Positions 37,636-50,730 of a stretch of 64,000 nucleotides of DNA are shown one piece after another. Each line of letters opens with the position of its first letter. The stretch's first letter is position 1. The stretch is from contig OX597820.1 in assembly GCA_951406725.2 (NCBI GenBank), positions 14,880,001-14,944,000 on the forward strand, written 5' to 3'. Made by a program: the position numbers and the translations under genes. The stretch comes from Octopus vulgaris (taxonomy: Eukaryota). A model generated the notes under the pieces. That model ran no database searches. It was not told where the DNA came from and saw only the letters and a list, made by a program, of their open reading frames with translations.

Positions 37636-39788
37636 CTAGCACCGATGCCTGGAGTTGCTCGGGATTAAAATGGCACAGTTTGCTTATGTGTATTACAGTT
37701 ATGTTGAAACAGATGATATATGAAAGTGCAGCATTGACAAAACATTTGTGGAGTAAATGATGAGTTAATTCGATTAATCCACAAGCAAGACTTCCGTTTG
37801 GAGGATTCCATGTTCTAACCTATTTCTTTACTACCCACAAGGGGCTAAACACAGAGGGGACAAACAAGGACAGACAAACGGATTAAGTTGATTACATCGG
37901 CCCCAGTGCGTAACTGGCACTTATTTAATCCATCCCGAAAGGATGAAAGGCAAATTCGACCTCGGCGGAATTTGAACTCAGAACGTAACGGCAGACGAAA
38001 TACGGCTACGCATTTCGCCCGGCGTGCTAACGTTTCTGTCAGTTCGCCGCCTATCATGCCCTAACCGATCATGGAAAAATTGGGGTTGGGGGTTTTGAAA
38101 TTTTAGACCCCACTGAAAAGCTGTCAGTGGATATATCCGCCTTTGAGGCGGTCAGTGCTGCGTGTAACACGACCTATCGTATGGTTGACAGTGAAATGAA
38201 TTGAGGTGTAATGGAGATATTGTACGTAAATGGGTCCGTTCTGGAAATAGGCTACAACGGGAGACGGTAACGGGGAAGTGAACTGTTGAAAGAGGTCGAG
38301 GAAGAGCTGGTAGTGCTGGCAATTTGAAAGCCTTGCAGAAACGACAATTTGAGTGTAGCACACACATTTGTACAGAATTACCATTTTTATAAGAATGGGA
38401 TGGATCATATCTGAAAGCAGCTCCTGGTGTTATGAAGAACGAATTCGCATGTGGTCTATTTCTGAGAGCTATTGTATTGGAGCTCTGTCTAATATGGCGA
38501 GCTAAACATTGTTCTAATGACTCAGCATTAAGTATTGCACCATCCCTTCTCTCTTGAGACTCCATTTGATGTGCTGCAGCATGCCTCTGCTGATCTTGGG
38601 GAAAGTCTCATCACCTTTCTCCCAGTTCAGACACTCGCCTCCGCTTTTCTGCAATCGTCCTCGCTTTATACGTGTTTCTGGAGAGATTACGTCTTTTCTT
38701 TGGTGACATATTTTTCAATATTGTAAACAAAAAATTATGAACATAGAAAAATACGTTAATCTCTACTTTTATAAGCGGTTGTATGTATATAGTATGCCTG
38801 TATTTTTGTATGCAATGTAAATTAACGAAATATAAGCCAATGGACGAAACAGCACATGTATGAAACTGCTAATTTAATGGTAAATGCTACAATAATTATT
38901 ACAGGGAGACAAAGAATTTTATATTTTACCTTGCAACTGCTGCGATAATTATTAACTGGTAACGGAACGTGTATGTTTTAATGAAAATAAAATTTCGTAT
39001 TGACACTGGCCAGATGGCGCTTCACGCATGTCAATCATTCACTGAGTATATAACACAAGCAAAGGCATAGAAACAAAAATAAAATAACACGTATTAAATT
39101 TTTTTTTTCTGAAAACGTTCAATGGCGTTTAACTGGAGTTTGGGGTTCGAGTAGACGTCATTCCACCGTTTCATTTATCATTACCATTCTTTTCATTCGA
39201 TTTTATTTTCCCCCCATGTTTGTGTTTTCCGTGTCCTTTGAGCTGTCCCCTCTGTGTTTCGACCCTGTGTAATTAATAAAAAAAATAATCAAGTCGTCGG
39301 TATGTATATGTATGTATAGATGTGTGTGTGTGTGTATGTGTGTAATAATGTGCCGTACATAGTTTGTCTATATTTTCGTATGCAGTGTAAATTAACGAAA
39401 TAGAAACACGTGTTCAGAGACAAAGAATTTTATATTTTGTCTTCCAGCCTTGCAATTGCTGCGATAATTATTAACTGGTAAAGGAACAGTAAATGTGTAT
39501 TGTTTTAAAGGAACTGAAAATAGAATTTCGTATTCACACTTCACACATGTCAGTCGTCAGGTATGCATGTGTAGATGTCTCTGTGTGTGTGTTTAATAAC
39601 GTACCTATATATAGTATGTCTGTATTTTTGTATGCAGTATAATTAATCCAAAAAAATTACATGTTGACACTCCTGGGGTTTCATAGTATTACCATGTAAA
39701 TTTTGATTTGGTTTGGTTGAGCTGTTTGAGAATACATTGAGAACAGACAGAGATACAAATGATTTTATATATGTATTATAATAAGAGA
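37636..39788 (-). mobile_element. Helitron unit 2 carrying a decayed Rep/Hel N-terminal ORF fragment
   Basis: 3' CCCGAGCAACTCCAGGCATCGGTGCTAG; ATG at 38709 gives MSPKKRRNLSRNTYKARTIAEKRRR, and further downstream AAFRYDPSHSY...NCRFCKAFK resembles the Helitron N-terminal zinc-finger region. Confidence 0.7.
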
Positions 39789-39790
39789 TA

Positions 39791-40164
39791 CGAGCTAAAC
39801 GCCCCCCGTCCAATGGACGGTGCTGAGTTGTCAAATATTTAAACCAAATTTTCTCAAAACAACTTGTCCGACCGTCCCATAGGCCTCTCCTTTAAGAAAC
39901 ACTGATTTAACCTAAATTTGAGACACCAGCAAAAGAAGAAATAAAGATAGACTTTTTTTCTATTCCAAAGAAAAACGATTTCCCACGGCTTTATCGATCG
40001 CATTCTCACCTGGAATCGAATTTTGTAATTTTTGCAAGACTTGTACACGCCCTGATACCGTCGGTATCTACATATCAGATTTGAGCTCAATCGGATGGAG
40101 GGTTTCCGAGATCTTAGAAGCCACACACAGAGACAGACAGAACGGATTTTATATAAGAGATAGA
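39791..40164 (-). mobile_element. Helitron-like unit 3 (non-autonomous)
   Basis: 5' TCTATCTCTTATATAAAATCCGTTCTGTCTGTC; 3' hairpin CCGTCCA-T-TGGACGG then GCTCG. Confidence 0.7.
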
Positions 40165-40166
40165 TA

Positions 40167-40238
40167 AGCAGAGTGGCGCAGTGGGAGCGTGCTGGGCCCA
40201 TAACCCAGAGGTCCATAGATCAAAACTACGCTCTGCTA
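40167..40238 (+). tRNA. tRNA-iMet(CAT), variant and possibly impaired
   Basis: AGCAGAGTGGCGCAGTGGGAGCGTGCTGGGCCCATAACCCAGAGGTCCATAGATCAAAACTACGCTCTGCTA: A1-U72 pair, three G-C anticodon-stem pairs, ATC T-loop, TTTT at 40249-40252, one T-stem mismatch. Confidence 0.9.
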
Positions 40239-40255
40239 AGTGTAATTCTTTTGAA

Positions 40256-40500
40256 GGCGCAGGCGTGGCTGGGTGATAAAAAGCTTACTTCCCAACCACA
40301 TGGTTCCTGGTTCAGTCCCATTCCGTGGCACCTTGAGCAAGTGTCTTCTACTATAGCCTTCGGCCGACCAAAGCCTTGTGAGTGGATTTGGTAGACAGAA
40401 ACTGAAAGAAGCCTGTCGTATGTGTGTGTGTGTGTGTGTGTGCGCGCGCGCGCGTGCGTGCGTGTGCGCGTGCGTGTGTCTTTGTGTCTTTCTGTCTGTG
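40256..40500 (+). mobile_element. SINE family B, 5' part
   Basis: Matches the family B consensus. Confidence 0.8.
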
Positions 40501-41164
40501 TATTACTGGAACAGCATATTCCAGGATCTAATATTTGTAGTTGCTGATTCAATGAGCGTCCGATGTTCTTGTTCTTTCTGATATTCTTGCTTTGTCTGTC
40601 TGTCTGTCTACCCCTCTCTCTTCTCTCGTTCCCTTCTCTCTCCTTCTCTCTCTCTCCCTCTCTCTTCTCTCGTTCCCTTCTCTCTCTCTTCTTTCCTTGT
40701 TCCCCAGAACAGAAAGTTCCCTAGGTTGGGTCTTACATAACTGTAACAGATACATTATCTACTCTGCACTGTAAGTCTCATTGCTTTTGAATAACCCCAA
40801 AATCTCCCTGTAATTTTCGAGGGTCACTAGGACATATATGTCCATACTGATTTCTCTCGACCCTTTATTTTTTGTCATCACACCTATTTCTTTACTACCC
40901 CACAAGGGGATAAACACAGAGAGGACAAACAAGGACAGTCAAACGGATTAAGTCGATTATATCGATCCCAGTGCGTTACTGGTACTTTATTTATCGACCC
41001 CGAAAGGATGAAAGGTGGAATTTGAACTCAGAACGTAGCGGCAGACGAAATACTGCTAAACATTTCGCCCGGCGTGCTAACGTTTCTGCCAGCTCGCAGC
41101 CTTGTCATCACACTTACCACTCGCCCAAATAGCACTACAAGTTTGACAACTATCCGGTACTCTT

Positions 41165-41690
41165 AACTGGTATATCTGTGTCCTCCTTCTTTCCTCTTTA
41201 CATACAATCTTGACGCATCACTCTTGGGGTTTAGTTCTTTGTTCATTGTCATTAATTCACGTCTTCTCCGATCTATCTCTTGTAATTCATGCTCCTTCCA
41301 AGATACTATTCTTGCTCCATATCTCATCAAAGCACCAGCATACGTATTAATTGCTCTAATCTTATAGCAAGCTTTTAGCTTCGATTGGGGCCCAAGCCGA
41401 GTTCTCCTCAAATATTCTTTCCTGTACATTTCATTCATCTTATCTCTTTCAGTGATACTCAGGTACCCATATCCTTCCTCTCCAGCTTCCTTTATAGTTT
41501 CACCACTTTTCAGCTTTTACTGATTTTCTGCCTTTTGAGAATCATTACACCACATTTCTCGATCCCAAACTCCATGCCAATATCTTTGCTAATCATCTGC
41601 ACAGTTGCCGTCAAACTCTCGGGTTCTTTCTCAGTTTTAGCGAATAGCTTTAGGTCATCCATAAACCACAGGTTGTTTACCTTCACCCAG
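41165..41690 (-). mobile_element. R4/Dong-clade non-LTR retrotransposon RT fragment
   Basis: NLWFMDDLKLFA, SKDIGMEFGIEKC, KEYLRRTR, IRAINTYA and SRLYVKRKEGG motifs. Confidence 0.85.
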
Positions 41691-41702
41691 CCTAGAATGT
41701 CT

Positions 41703-41900
41703 TATTTTTATAACGTACTTTCACTGCACTACCGAGCGCAGCTCTGTGTGCCTTGGGTATGTGCTGTGGTTTGCTGTGATACTCTTATGGTTACTGTATT
41801 GAAAGTATTTTGCGTAGGATGTGTGCAGTGCCTAGCAGTGCAATATTCTATATGTTATATATATTTTAGTCCTGGTGTTTTTGTTATGTACTTGTCTGAA
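41703..41900 (-). mobile_element. R4/Dong-clade 3' end (C-terminus + 3' UTR)
   Basis: IALLGTAHILRKILSIQ-stop, directly adjacent to a (TAA)n tract on the minus strand. Confidence 0.75.
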
Positions 41901-41902
41901 TA

Positions 41903-41954
<52 letters not shown>

Positions 41955-42361
41955 GTTGTTGTTGTTGTTGTTGTTGTTATTATTATTATTATTATTGCCT
42001 TTTATAAAAACAAAATCCATTGTCATGGAAAATATTCATGTCTTGCTGTGTCATTAATTTCTTTTTCGTTTAATTTCCTTTTCTGTTTGGTTTCTCTGTT
42101 GTTATGTTCACTGGAGTTTATCGTAATGGGTGGGGCTACTCTGGATAAAAATAGTCATTTACGGTGAATATAAACATAACAAAATCATGTTTAAAATATA
42201 TAAAAAGTATATACCTTGGCGCTCTTTCAGTGCGACAGCAATATCCTTGAGGCGTTCCAGAAAGGTTCTCCGAAGATGGTATCTAGAGAGAAATGCCCTT
42301 TTTTCTTGTTACGCTTATTGAAAAAAAAATGTCCATGGTTCAATAAACTGCACATCACCAG

Positions 42362-42431
<70 letters not shown>

Positions 42432-42433
<2 letters not shown>

Positions 42434-42720
42434 TGAATGTATGGACAGTTTGAAAGGAATACACAAGACGCTAATGGTAATATAGCATCGTGGGCATGGC
42501 TTGAGCGTGGTGATTTGAAGCGTACCACCGAAAGCCCGAGCATTTCTGTACAAGACAAGGCTCTCGCTACCAATTCAGTGAAGTGTAACGTCTGTAAATC
42601 TTCTAAAACCCAGAAATGCAGACTCTGTGGAAAGAGTGTGGAAAATGTGACCCACTTGGTAAGTGGATGTGAGAACCTTGAACACAAAGAATACAAGTGC
42701 CGCCACGATAAAGTGTGTGT
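42432..42720 (+). mobile_element. R4/Dong-clade zinc-knuckle fragment between (TAA)n and (GAA)n/(TAA)n tracts
   Basis: MYGQF..SWAWL..GDLK..TE..QDKAL.T..KCRLCGKSVENVTHLVSGC..EYKCRHDKV (CCHC + RHD). Confidence 0.85.
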
Positions 42721-42845
42721 ATCTTCATTGGCTCTAGGAGGTTGAGGATGATGATGATGATGAGGAGGAGGAGGAGAAGAAGAAGAAGAAGAAGAAGAAG
42801 AAGAAGAAGAAGAAGAAGAAGAAGAAAGCAAGAATAATAATAATG

Positions 42846-42925
<80 letters not shown>

Positions 42926-43069
42926 AAGAAGACGACAGGCAAACTAATACAAATAGACACAAACCGAACAAACCAAAAAAAAAAAATGTTTTCATTTAAG
43001 GAAGCTGACAAATACAAAAGAAGTCATAGTACCTAACAACTATGAAGAAAAAAAAAAGAAGAAATAATA

Positions 43070-43810
43070 GTCGACCTTGACGGAGTTTGAACTTAGAACA
43101 TAAAGACGGACGAAATGCCGACTTTGCCAGTTCGCCACCACAACGTTCGCAAAATATTGTTAATATATTTAAGGTCATCCAAGGCGGCAAGCTGGTAGAA
43201 TCGTTAGCACGTCGGATAAAATGCTTAGCGGCATTTCGTCCGTCTTCACATTCTGAGTTCAAATTCCGCCGAGGTCAACTTTGTTTTTCATCCTTTCGGG
43301 GTCGATGAAAATAAACAGCAGTCGAGCTCTGGGGTTGATGTAATCCACTAGCTCCCTCTCTCAAAGTTTCAGACAATGTACCTATAGTAGAAAGGAATAT
43401 TTAATCGGACGTTAAGTTGGCGAGCTGGCAGAATCGTTAACACGCGGGGCGAAACGCTTAGGGGCATTTCGTCCGTCTTCATATTCTGAGTTCAAATTCC
43501 GTCGAGGTCAACTTTGTTTTTTATCCTTTCGGGGTCGTTGAAAATAAGTACCAGTCGAGCACTGGGGTCAATATAATCGACTTAATCCATTTGTCTGTCC
43601 TTGTTTGTCCCCTCTGTGTTTAGCTCCTTGTGGGTAGTAAAGAAATAGGTATTTCGCCCGTCTTCACATTCTGAGTTCAAATTCCGCCGAGGTCAACTTT
43701 GCTTTTCATCCTTTCGGGGTCGTTGAAAATAATTACCCGTCGAACACTGGTGCCAATGCAACTCATTCCTGACCCCAGACATGCTGACCATTTGCCGAAA
43801 TTGGAAACCT
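43070..43810. mobile_element. SINE A cluster
   Basis: Several copies match the family A consensus. Confidence 0.85.
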
Positions 43811-44307
43811 GTATATATTTAACGGATGAAGTGTAGTTTATTCAAAGTGGTTGGTTGGTTGCCTGGCTGTAAAAAATGACTCACCGAGCAATGACTCTTC
43901 ACGATCAGTGTTTACATGCCAGGTTAGTTCAGTGAATATATCTAAATAGATAGGCCTCGGACAGTGGGGAATCATCGTTATCATCGTCATCGTCGCCGTC
44001 GTCGTCATCGTTATCGGAACAAATTCTTAATAAAAATGGCTAATGACGTGTTGTCACTCAAGCGAGACAGGCGTAGAGAATTAAGTTTTTTTTCTTTGTT
44101 ATTGTTGGTGACGGAGGTTTTATGCATATACATGTAACTTCACAAACGCGGAATATAATGCACACACACACACGTACACGCTCTTATACACATACATACA
44201 TACATACATACATACATACATACATACATACATACATACATACATACATACATACATACACACACACATATGTACATGTACATGTACATATGCATTGACT
44301 GATAGAC

Positions 44308-44389
<82 letters not shown>

Positions 44390-44613
44390 CTAAGTAAAAA
44401 ATGGTGCTCAGTAATATGAAATAGAGCGAGCCAGAGTGAGTCACCACTCATAATATTTGGTTCTAAGCAAATCTATGGGCGCGAGCACACACACACGTAT
44501 GTATATATCATCAGCAGATGAGAATCGTCTGTGAAGTAGAGGCGCGAACTGCTCGCTACCCGCATACCAGCAAAACCTAACTGACACCGATATATAAAAT
44601 TACAGTGATTTTC

Positions 44614-44950
44614 AGGCGCATGGCTCATTGGTTAGATCATCGAGTACACAATCATGAGATAGTGAGTTCGATTCCCGGACCGGGCTGTGTGTTGTGTTCT
44701 TGAGCAAGGCACTTTATTTCATGTTGCTCCGGTTCACTCAGCTGTAGAAATGAGTTGCGACATCACTGGTGCCAAGCTGTATCGGCCCCTTTGCCTTTCC
44801 CTTGGATAACACTGGTGGTGCGGAGAAGGGAGGCTGGTATGCATGGGCGACTGCTAGCCTTCCACAAGCAACATCACTTGGACTTTTGCCTCGGAAGGGG
44901 AACTTTCTTGGAGTATTCCCATGGTCATTCATGACCGAAGGGGTCTTTTA
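44614..44950 (+). mobile_element. CORE-SINE family C, full length
   Basis: GGCGCATGGCTCATTGGTTAG A box, GAGTTCGATTCC B box, TGTGTTCTTGAGCAAGGCACTT core. Confidence 0.85.
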
Positions 44951-45394
44951 TTTTTATACCGCAAATAGTAAAGAAATAGGTATTTTTATACCGCAAAAAG
45001 TAGAGAAATAGGTATTTCGTCTGTCTTTACGTTCTGAGTTCAAATTCCGCCGAGGTCGACTTTGCCTTTCATCCTTTCGGGGTCGATTAAATAAGTACCA
45101 GTTACGCACTGGGGTCGATGTAATCGACTTAATCTGTTTGTCTGTCCTTGTTTGTCCCCTCTTGTGTTTAGCCCCTTGTGGGTAGTAAAGAAATAAGAAA
45201 CACGTATAAAGGCAACAAAAAGAACGCAAAGACTAGGAGAAGCCACAACACCATGACAACAACCATTGCGAAACAAGAACAAGAAGAAAAACAACAATAA
45301 AACCGACGGCAATAACAATACCAAGACCAAACCAAGAAACATTCCTGAAGGAGAATAATCAGATGATTAAATACACACACACACACATACACAT

Positions 45395-46189
45395 CTATGT
45401 ATGTACGTATATATGTATGTACGTATGTATGTATGTATGTATGTATTTATATATGTACGTACGTACGTACGTATGTATGTATGTATGTATGTATGTATGT
45501 ATGTATGTATGTATGTATGCATGTATGTACGTATGTATTATGTATGTACGTACGTATGTATGTATGTATGTATGTATGTATGTATGTATGCATGTATGTA
45601 CGTATGTATTATGTATGTACGTATGTATGTATGTATGTATGTACGTATGTATGTATGTATGTATGTATGTATGTATGTATGTATGCATGTATGTACGTAT
45701 GTATTATGTATGCATGTATGTACGTATGTATGCATGTATGTACGTATGTATGTACGTATGTATGCATGTATGTACGTATGTATGTATGTACGTATGTATG
45801 CATGTATGTACGTATGTATGTATGTACGTATGTATGTATGTATGTATGTATGTATGCATGTATGTACGTATGTATGTATGTACGTATGTATGTACGTATG
45901 TATGTATGTACGTATGTATGTATGTATGTATGTATGTATGTATGTATGTATGTATGTATGTACGTACGTACGTACGTATGTATGTATGTATGTATGTATG
46001 TACGTATATATGTACGTATGTATGTATGTACGTATGTATGTACGTATGTATGTATGTACGTATGTATGTATGTATGTATGTATGTATGTATGTATGTACG
46101 CATGTATGTATGTATTTATGTACGTACGTACGTACGCATGTATGTATGTATGTATGTATGTATGTATGTATGTATGTATGTATGTATGT

Positions 46190-46230
<41 letters not shown>
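45395..46230. repeat. ~830-bp (ATGT)n microsatellite with ACGT/GCAT variants
   Basis: Directly visible; it generates the long MYVC/HTYI ORFs. Confidence 0.95.
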
Positions 46231-47174
46231 ATGATATATCCAGAAAAGAAGGAGGTTATGAGGAAATAGTCCGACAGACGCCAAATGAAAAATCTTTGGT
46301 GAAACCACGACAGAAAGTCTATTGAACGTCAAGGAGAAAATTCCACCAAGACGTGAGAATTTTCTTAATCGTGGACAAGAGGCTTTTGAATTGTCTTTTT
46401 TTAAGTGCTCCACTCAAGAACCCAAATTACCCGTTCTTCTAAACCAAGTTGAATGACCTTGTCTTCTTTGTCTCTGTCTAACAAGTTAGCAGTGAAAGTT
46501 GATAATATATAAATAAATGTGATCTCAGATATCCGAATAGAAATATGATAGAGCAAGATTTCTGGGGCGTATGCTTGTTAAGAAAGACTACCAAGTGTAC
46601 GTTTCCTTTAGTCGATCCAGATGAAGTATAATTGTAGCCTTGTTTCCGAAAGACCTACACATCGAGTAAAGAATTAACTTCTTGAACCCGGAGAAGTAAC
46701 TTGGTGACTCTGGGCTTTTAAACAGTAGTAAAAACAGTGATTCTGATTAGTACCCAACCGAAACCGGGCGGCCAGACGTTTTTAAGCATCAAGGAGCGTT
46801 CTTGGGAATACCCCATTTATTATTGTAAATGGGTAATTGGAATATCATCTTTGACGCTCGCTTAGATTGTTTGGAAATAGCTGTTAGAAGGAAGTGTATA
46901 AAAGCTTCGCAAATTTGTTGAAGCAATTCTAACTAACAGCTGCTGACTTTTTTCCCCGAATTATTTTCAGCAAATTTACCCAAAACAATTTCCCTTCATG
47001 ATTTGTTTCATGTAGAAGATGGGTAGTAAATCTTCCTTTGATGAGAAGAAACTTTTTGAAAGTTTTCGATGGCGCCAATCCTAAGCACATTCAATTACGG
47101 CCCTGATTTCAAAGGATGGGTCATTTCTATTTACGTTCCAAGTATTTCGTATGGCACGGTCGGTTCGTTTAGGG

Positions 47175-48016
47175 CAAGGCTGGCCAACCTGAGGCCCACG
47201 GGCAGCATGCGGCCCGCAGACTTTTATCTTGTGGCTCGCTTGATATTTTCTTGAAATGGGTTTATTTAAACAAACATTTAAAAAGTTTTATCAGAAATTA
47301 AAGATTGTAATGAAAAGTAAAAAAAGATACCGTAAATCCTCGAGTATAATCCGCATTTATTTCCCAAAATTTAATGGTCAAAATCCCTAGTGCGTACTAT
47401 ATACGAGGTTAAAAATGAAAAATAATTTCTAAGCAATTTCCGAGTATCTATTTGCTGTCCTGCAATGTTTATTCAGACGCATTTTGTGATGTCGGATGCG
47501 AAAATACCTTAAGCTAAGCCTGAATGCAATGAAGTCATAAAAGAATCGTCCATAACATGCTGTAAGCAACATTTATTAAACGTTATTACTGTTATTTCTT
47601 TATTTTCTGCAAACAAAATGCACAAAAACGCTACACGTTTGCATTATGTTATATATACAATAATAATAAAGGACGTTACCGTATACATTTTTACAAACCA
47701 AGGACGTTATATAGACCTCCTTGACTCAAGTTAGAGAAAGGGTGCGTATTATACACAAGGTTTAGGTTTTTCAGAGGTACAGCCCCCTAAAAATCCCCTG
47801 CGTATTATACTCAAGGGCAGACTATACTCGAGGATTTACAGTACTACTGTTTTTGCAACGATAATATTTCATGTTGAACCAATGATCATTCCTTCATTAT
47901 TGTAATAATAGCATGAGAAAGCAAAATGCTTTCAATTCTGTCAGTATACAAGCGGCTCTCAAAAGACTTTCTGTGATTAAAATGTTTCGCAATGTAATTC
48001 GAGTTGGTCAGGCCTG
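47175..48016 (+). mobile_element. hAT (Charlie-type) MITE
   Basis: Ends CAAGGCTGGCCAAC / GTTGGTCAGGCCTG, subterminal GCGGCCC motifs, 8-bp TSD GTTTAGGG / GTTTAGTG. Confidence 0.85.
47330..47841 (+). mobile_element. Tc1/mariner-superfamily (Tc2/pogo-like) MITE nested in the hAT MITE
   Basis: TIRs CCGTAAATCCTCGAGTATAATCCGC / GCAGACTATACTCGAGGATTTACAG, TA TSD on both sides, internal GCGTATTATAC repeats. Confidence 0.9.
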
Positions 48017-48810
48017 GTTTAGTGTGTCCCCTCTCATTGCTTCTGTATGTTTTTGTTGTTGAACCATTGCTACGGAAGCTGAAAGCATCAAGAAGTAGCC
48101 CCCTCGATGAGTAGGGAAGATTTGTCGGGAAGAGAGAAAATTTATCTGAGAAAGATCGGGCAAGAAATGAAGAACGCATATATTATTTCTGTTACTTGTT
48201 ATTGCCTAACCATCTTGCCATATCCCAGTTCACATCCAACTAGACTGGAGCATCTGCTCTTTCGCTTATTGCAACAGACATTGACCAGATGTCTATCAAC
48301 CATGATGGGACCGACATACTGGGACAGGAATGTACTGAGGTCGCGACATCTGTAGAGCTTCCTACGCAGTAAATAGATGTAATCACAGCTTTTGAAGACC
48401 ATTTTCTTGCAGTTTGCTTTTTGGCAGAGCTGATTTCCTGCGCCAATCGAAGACCGATATTGGATACTTTTCATCTGGAATGCCTCAATTTTTCACAGTT
48501 CTTTACTAGCCGGGCAACGGACAGTGATACGTTAATCCTTACATTTTATGTAGGGTTAGTGGTGGGCAAGATTGATGCTGTTCCCGAAAGATTCAAGGCG
48601 TTGATGAAGATGAACGGAATAACCTTTGGGTGGAAGATTTCCAACTTGCAAATAAGGGACAACTTCCAGAAGTCCCCGGTCCTGGCAAGAGGCATTGGCA
48701 GAAGTCCCTGGTCTGGCAAGAGATATTGTCAACTCCGAATACGAGGTGGGGGTTGTGACCCTAGTTGGTATGTGTTGGGTTGAGAACCGCTAAGCTAAAC
48801 ATAAACGTCA

Positions 48811-49238
<428 letters not shown>

Positions 49239-49659
49239 TCGTTGGTGTAGTTATTTAGGCATTTATAGAGATAATAATTGCCCTTCATAGTTGTGCACCA
49301 ATCCTAATCTGGGCGTTACTTCCCAAACAACCGAAATTTAATAAAGATTAACAGATGGGTGTGCCAAGAGGCCCGCAGAGCAACGATGTCACAGTCGTGT
49401 ATTTGTTTAGACAAGAGAGGAGTAATATAGGCGAGATGTATTAATGCCATAATTGACATCAATCAAATAACGATGACAATTTATCATATATACACCACAT
49501 ATACACACATATATATATATATACACACACGTATAGGCACGCGTGTACATCCGTATCGCTGCTGGTGGCATGTTAGATGATCGGGTTTATATGAGGGCGG
49601 GAAGGTTTTTGGAGATATATTGGTTGAGAATGTGCGTCGTGTAAGACGTCGTATGCAGT

Positions 49660-50126
49660 ATATATATGTATGTGTATGCATGTATGTATGTATGTATGCG
49701 TGTGTGTATGTGTGTATGTGTATGTATGCTTGTGTGTGTGTATATGTGTGTATGTATGTATGTATGTATGTATGTATGTATGTATGTATGTATGTATGTA
49801 TGTATGTGTGTATGTATGTGTGTATGTATGTATGAATGTATGTATGTGTGTATGTATGTGTGTATGTATGTACATATGTGTGTATGTATGTATGTCTGTA
49901 TGAATGTATGTGTGCATGTGTGTGTGTATGTGTGTATGTATGTATGTATGTATGTATGTATGTATGTATGTATGTATGTATGTATGTATGAATGTATGTA
50001 TGTGTATATGTATGTGTGTATGTATGTGTGTATGTATGTGTGTATCTATGTATGTATGAATGTATGTATGTGTGTATGTATGTGTGTATGTATGTGTGTA
50101 TGTATGTATGTATGTATGTATGTATG

Positions 50127-50157
<31 letters not shown>

Positions 50158-50240
50158 ATGTATGTGTGTATGTATGCATGTGTGTGTATGTATGTATGTA
50201 TGTATGTGAGTGTGTGTATGTATGTATGTATTTGTGTGTC
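49660..50240. repeat. (TATG)n/(TG)n tract followed by the SINE B 3' half (50240-50430)
   Basis: Directly visible. Confidence 0.9.
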
Positions 50241-50461
50241 TGTGTTTGTCCCCCACCATCGCTTGATAACTGACGTTGGCATGTTTACGCCCCCGTAACT
50301 TAGCGGTTCGGCAAAAGAGACCGATAGAATAAATACTAAGCTTACGTAGTATAAGTCCTGGTGTTGATTTGTTCCACTAATGGCGGTGCTCCAGCATGGC
50401 CGCAGTCACATGACTGAAACAGGTAAGAAGAAATAAAAGAAATACCGCACTGGCCCGCCGA

Positions 50462-50518
<57 letters not shown>

Positions 50519-50730
50519 TGTGTTTTCATCGTACTAAATTGTTATTCTATTGACATCAATTTTGATGTTTATGACATTCCTACTTGTCAATTATATTACT
50601 TCTCTGTTATGAAGTATATAAGTTTGTGTATATTTGTATATGTAAACTAAGAAAAAATTTATAATTCTGCTTGTTACTCTCTAAGTTAGCAAGTGCGTTA
50701 CGCTCTGTTAGGCGGTTATTAAAAAGTTGA

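Larger units (their letters stand above)
46240..48790 (+). mobile_element. Old degenerate L1/Tx1-clade LINE, split by nested MITEs
   Basis: ILSTFNYGPDFKGWVISIY; SVRLG|CPLSLLLYVFVVEPLLRKL across the hAT insertion; EMKNAYIISVTCYCLTILPYP..TRLEHLLFRLL and ELISCANRRP..HLEC..FYVGLVVGKID align with the Tx1 copy at 31-32 kb. Outer boundaries are approximate. Confidence 0.75.

Noticed and set aside
41385-42167. 260-aa + strand ORF
   Set aside because: Antisense to R4/Dong fragments plus a (TTA/TTG)n tract.
45363-46413. Long MYVC/HTYI ORFs (also 49484-50298, 261-569 and similar)
   Set aside because: Microsatellite translations.
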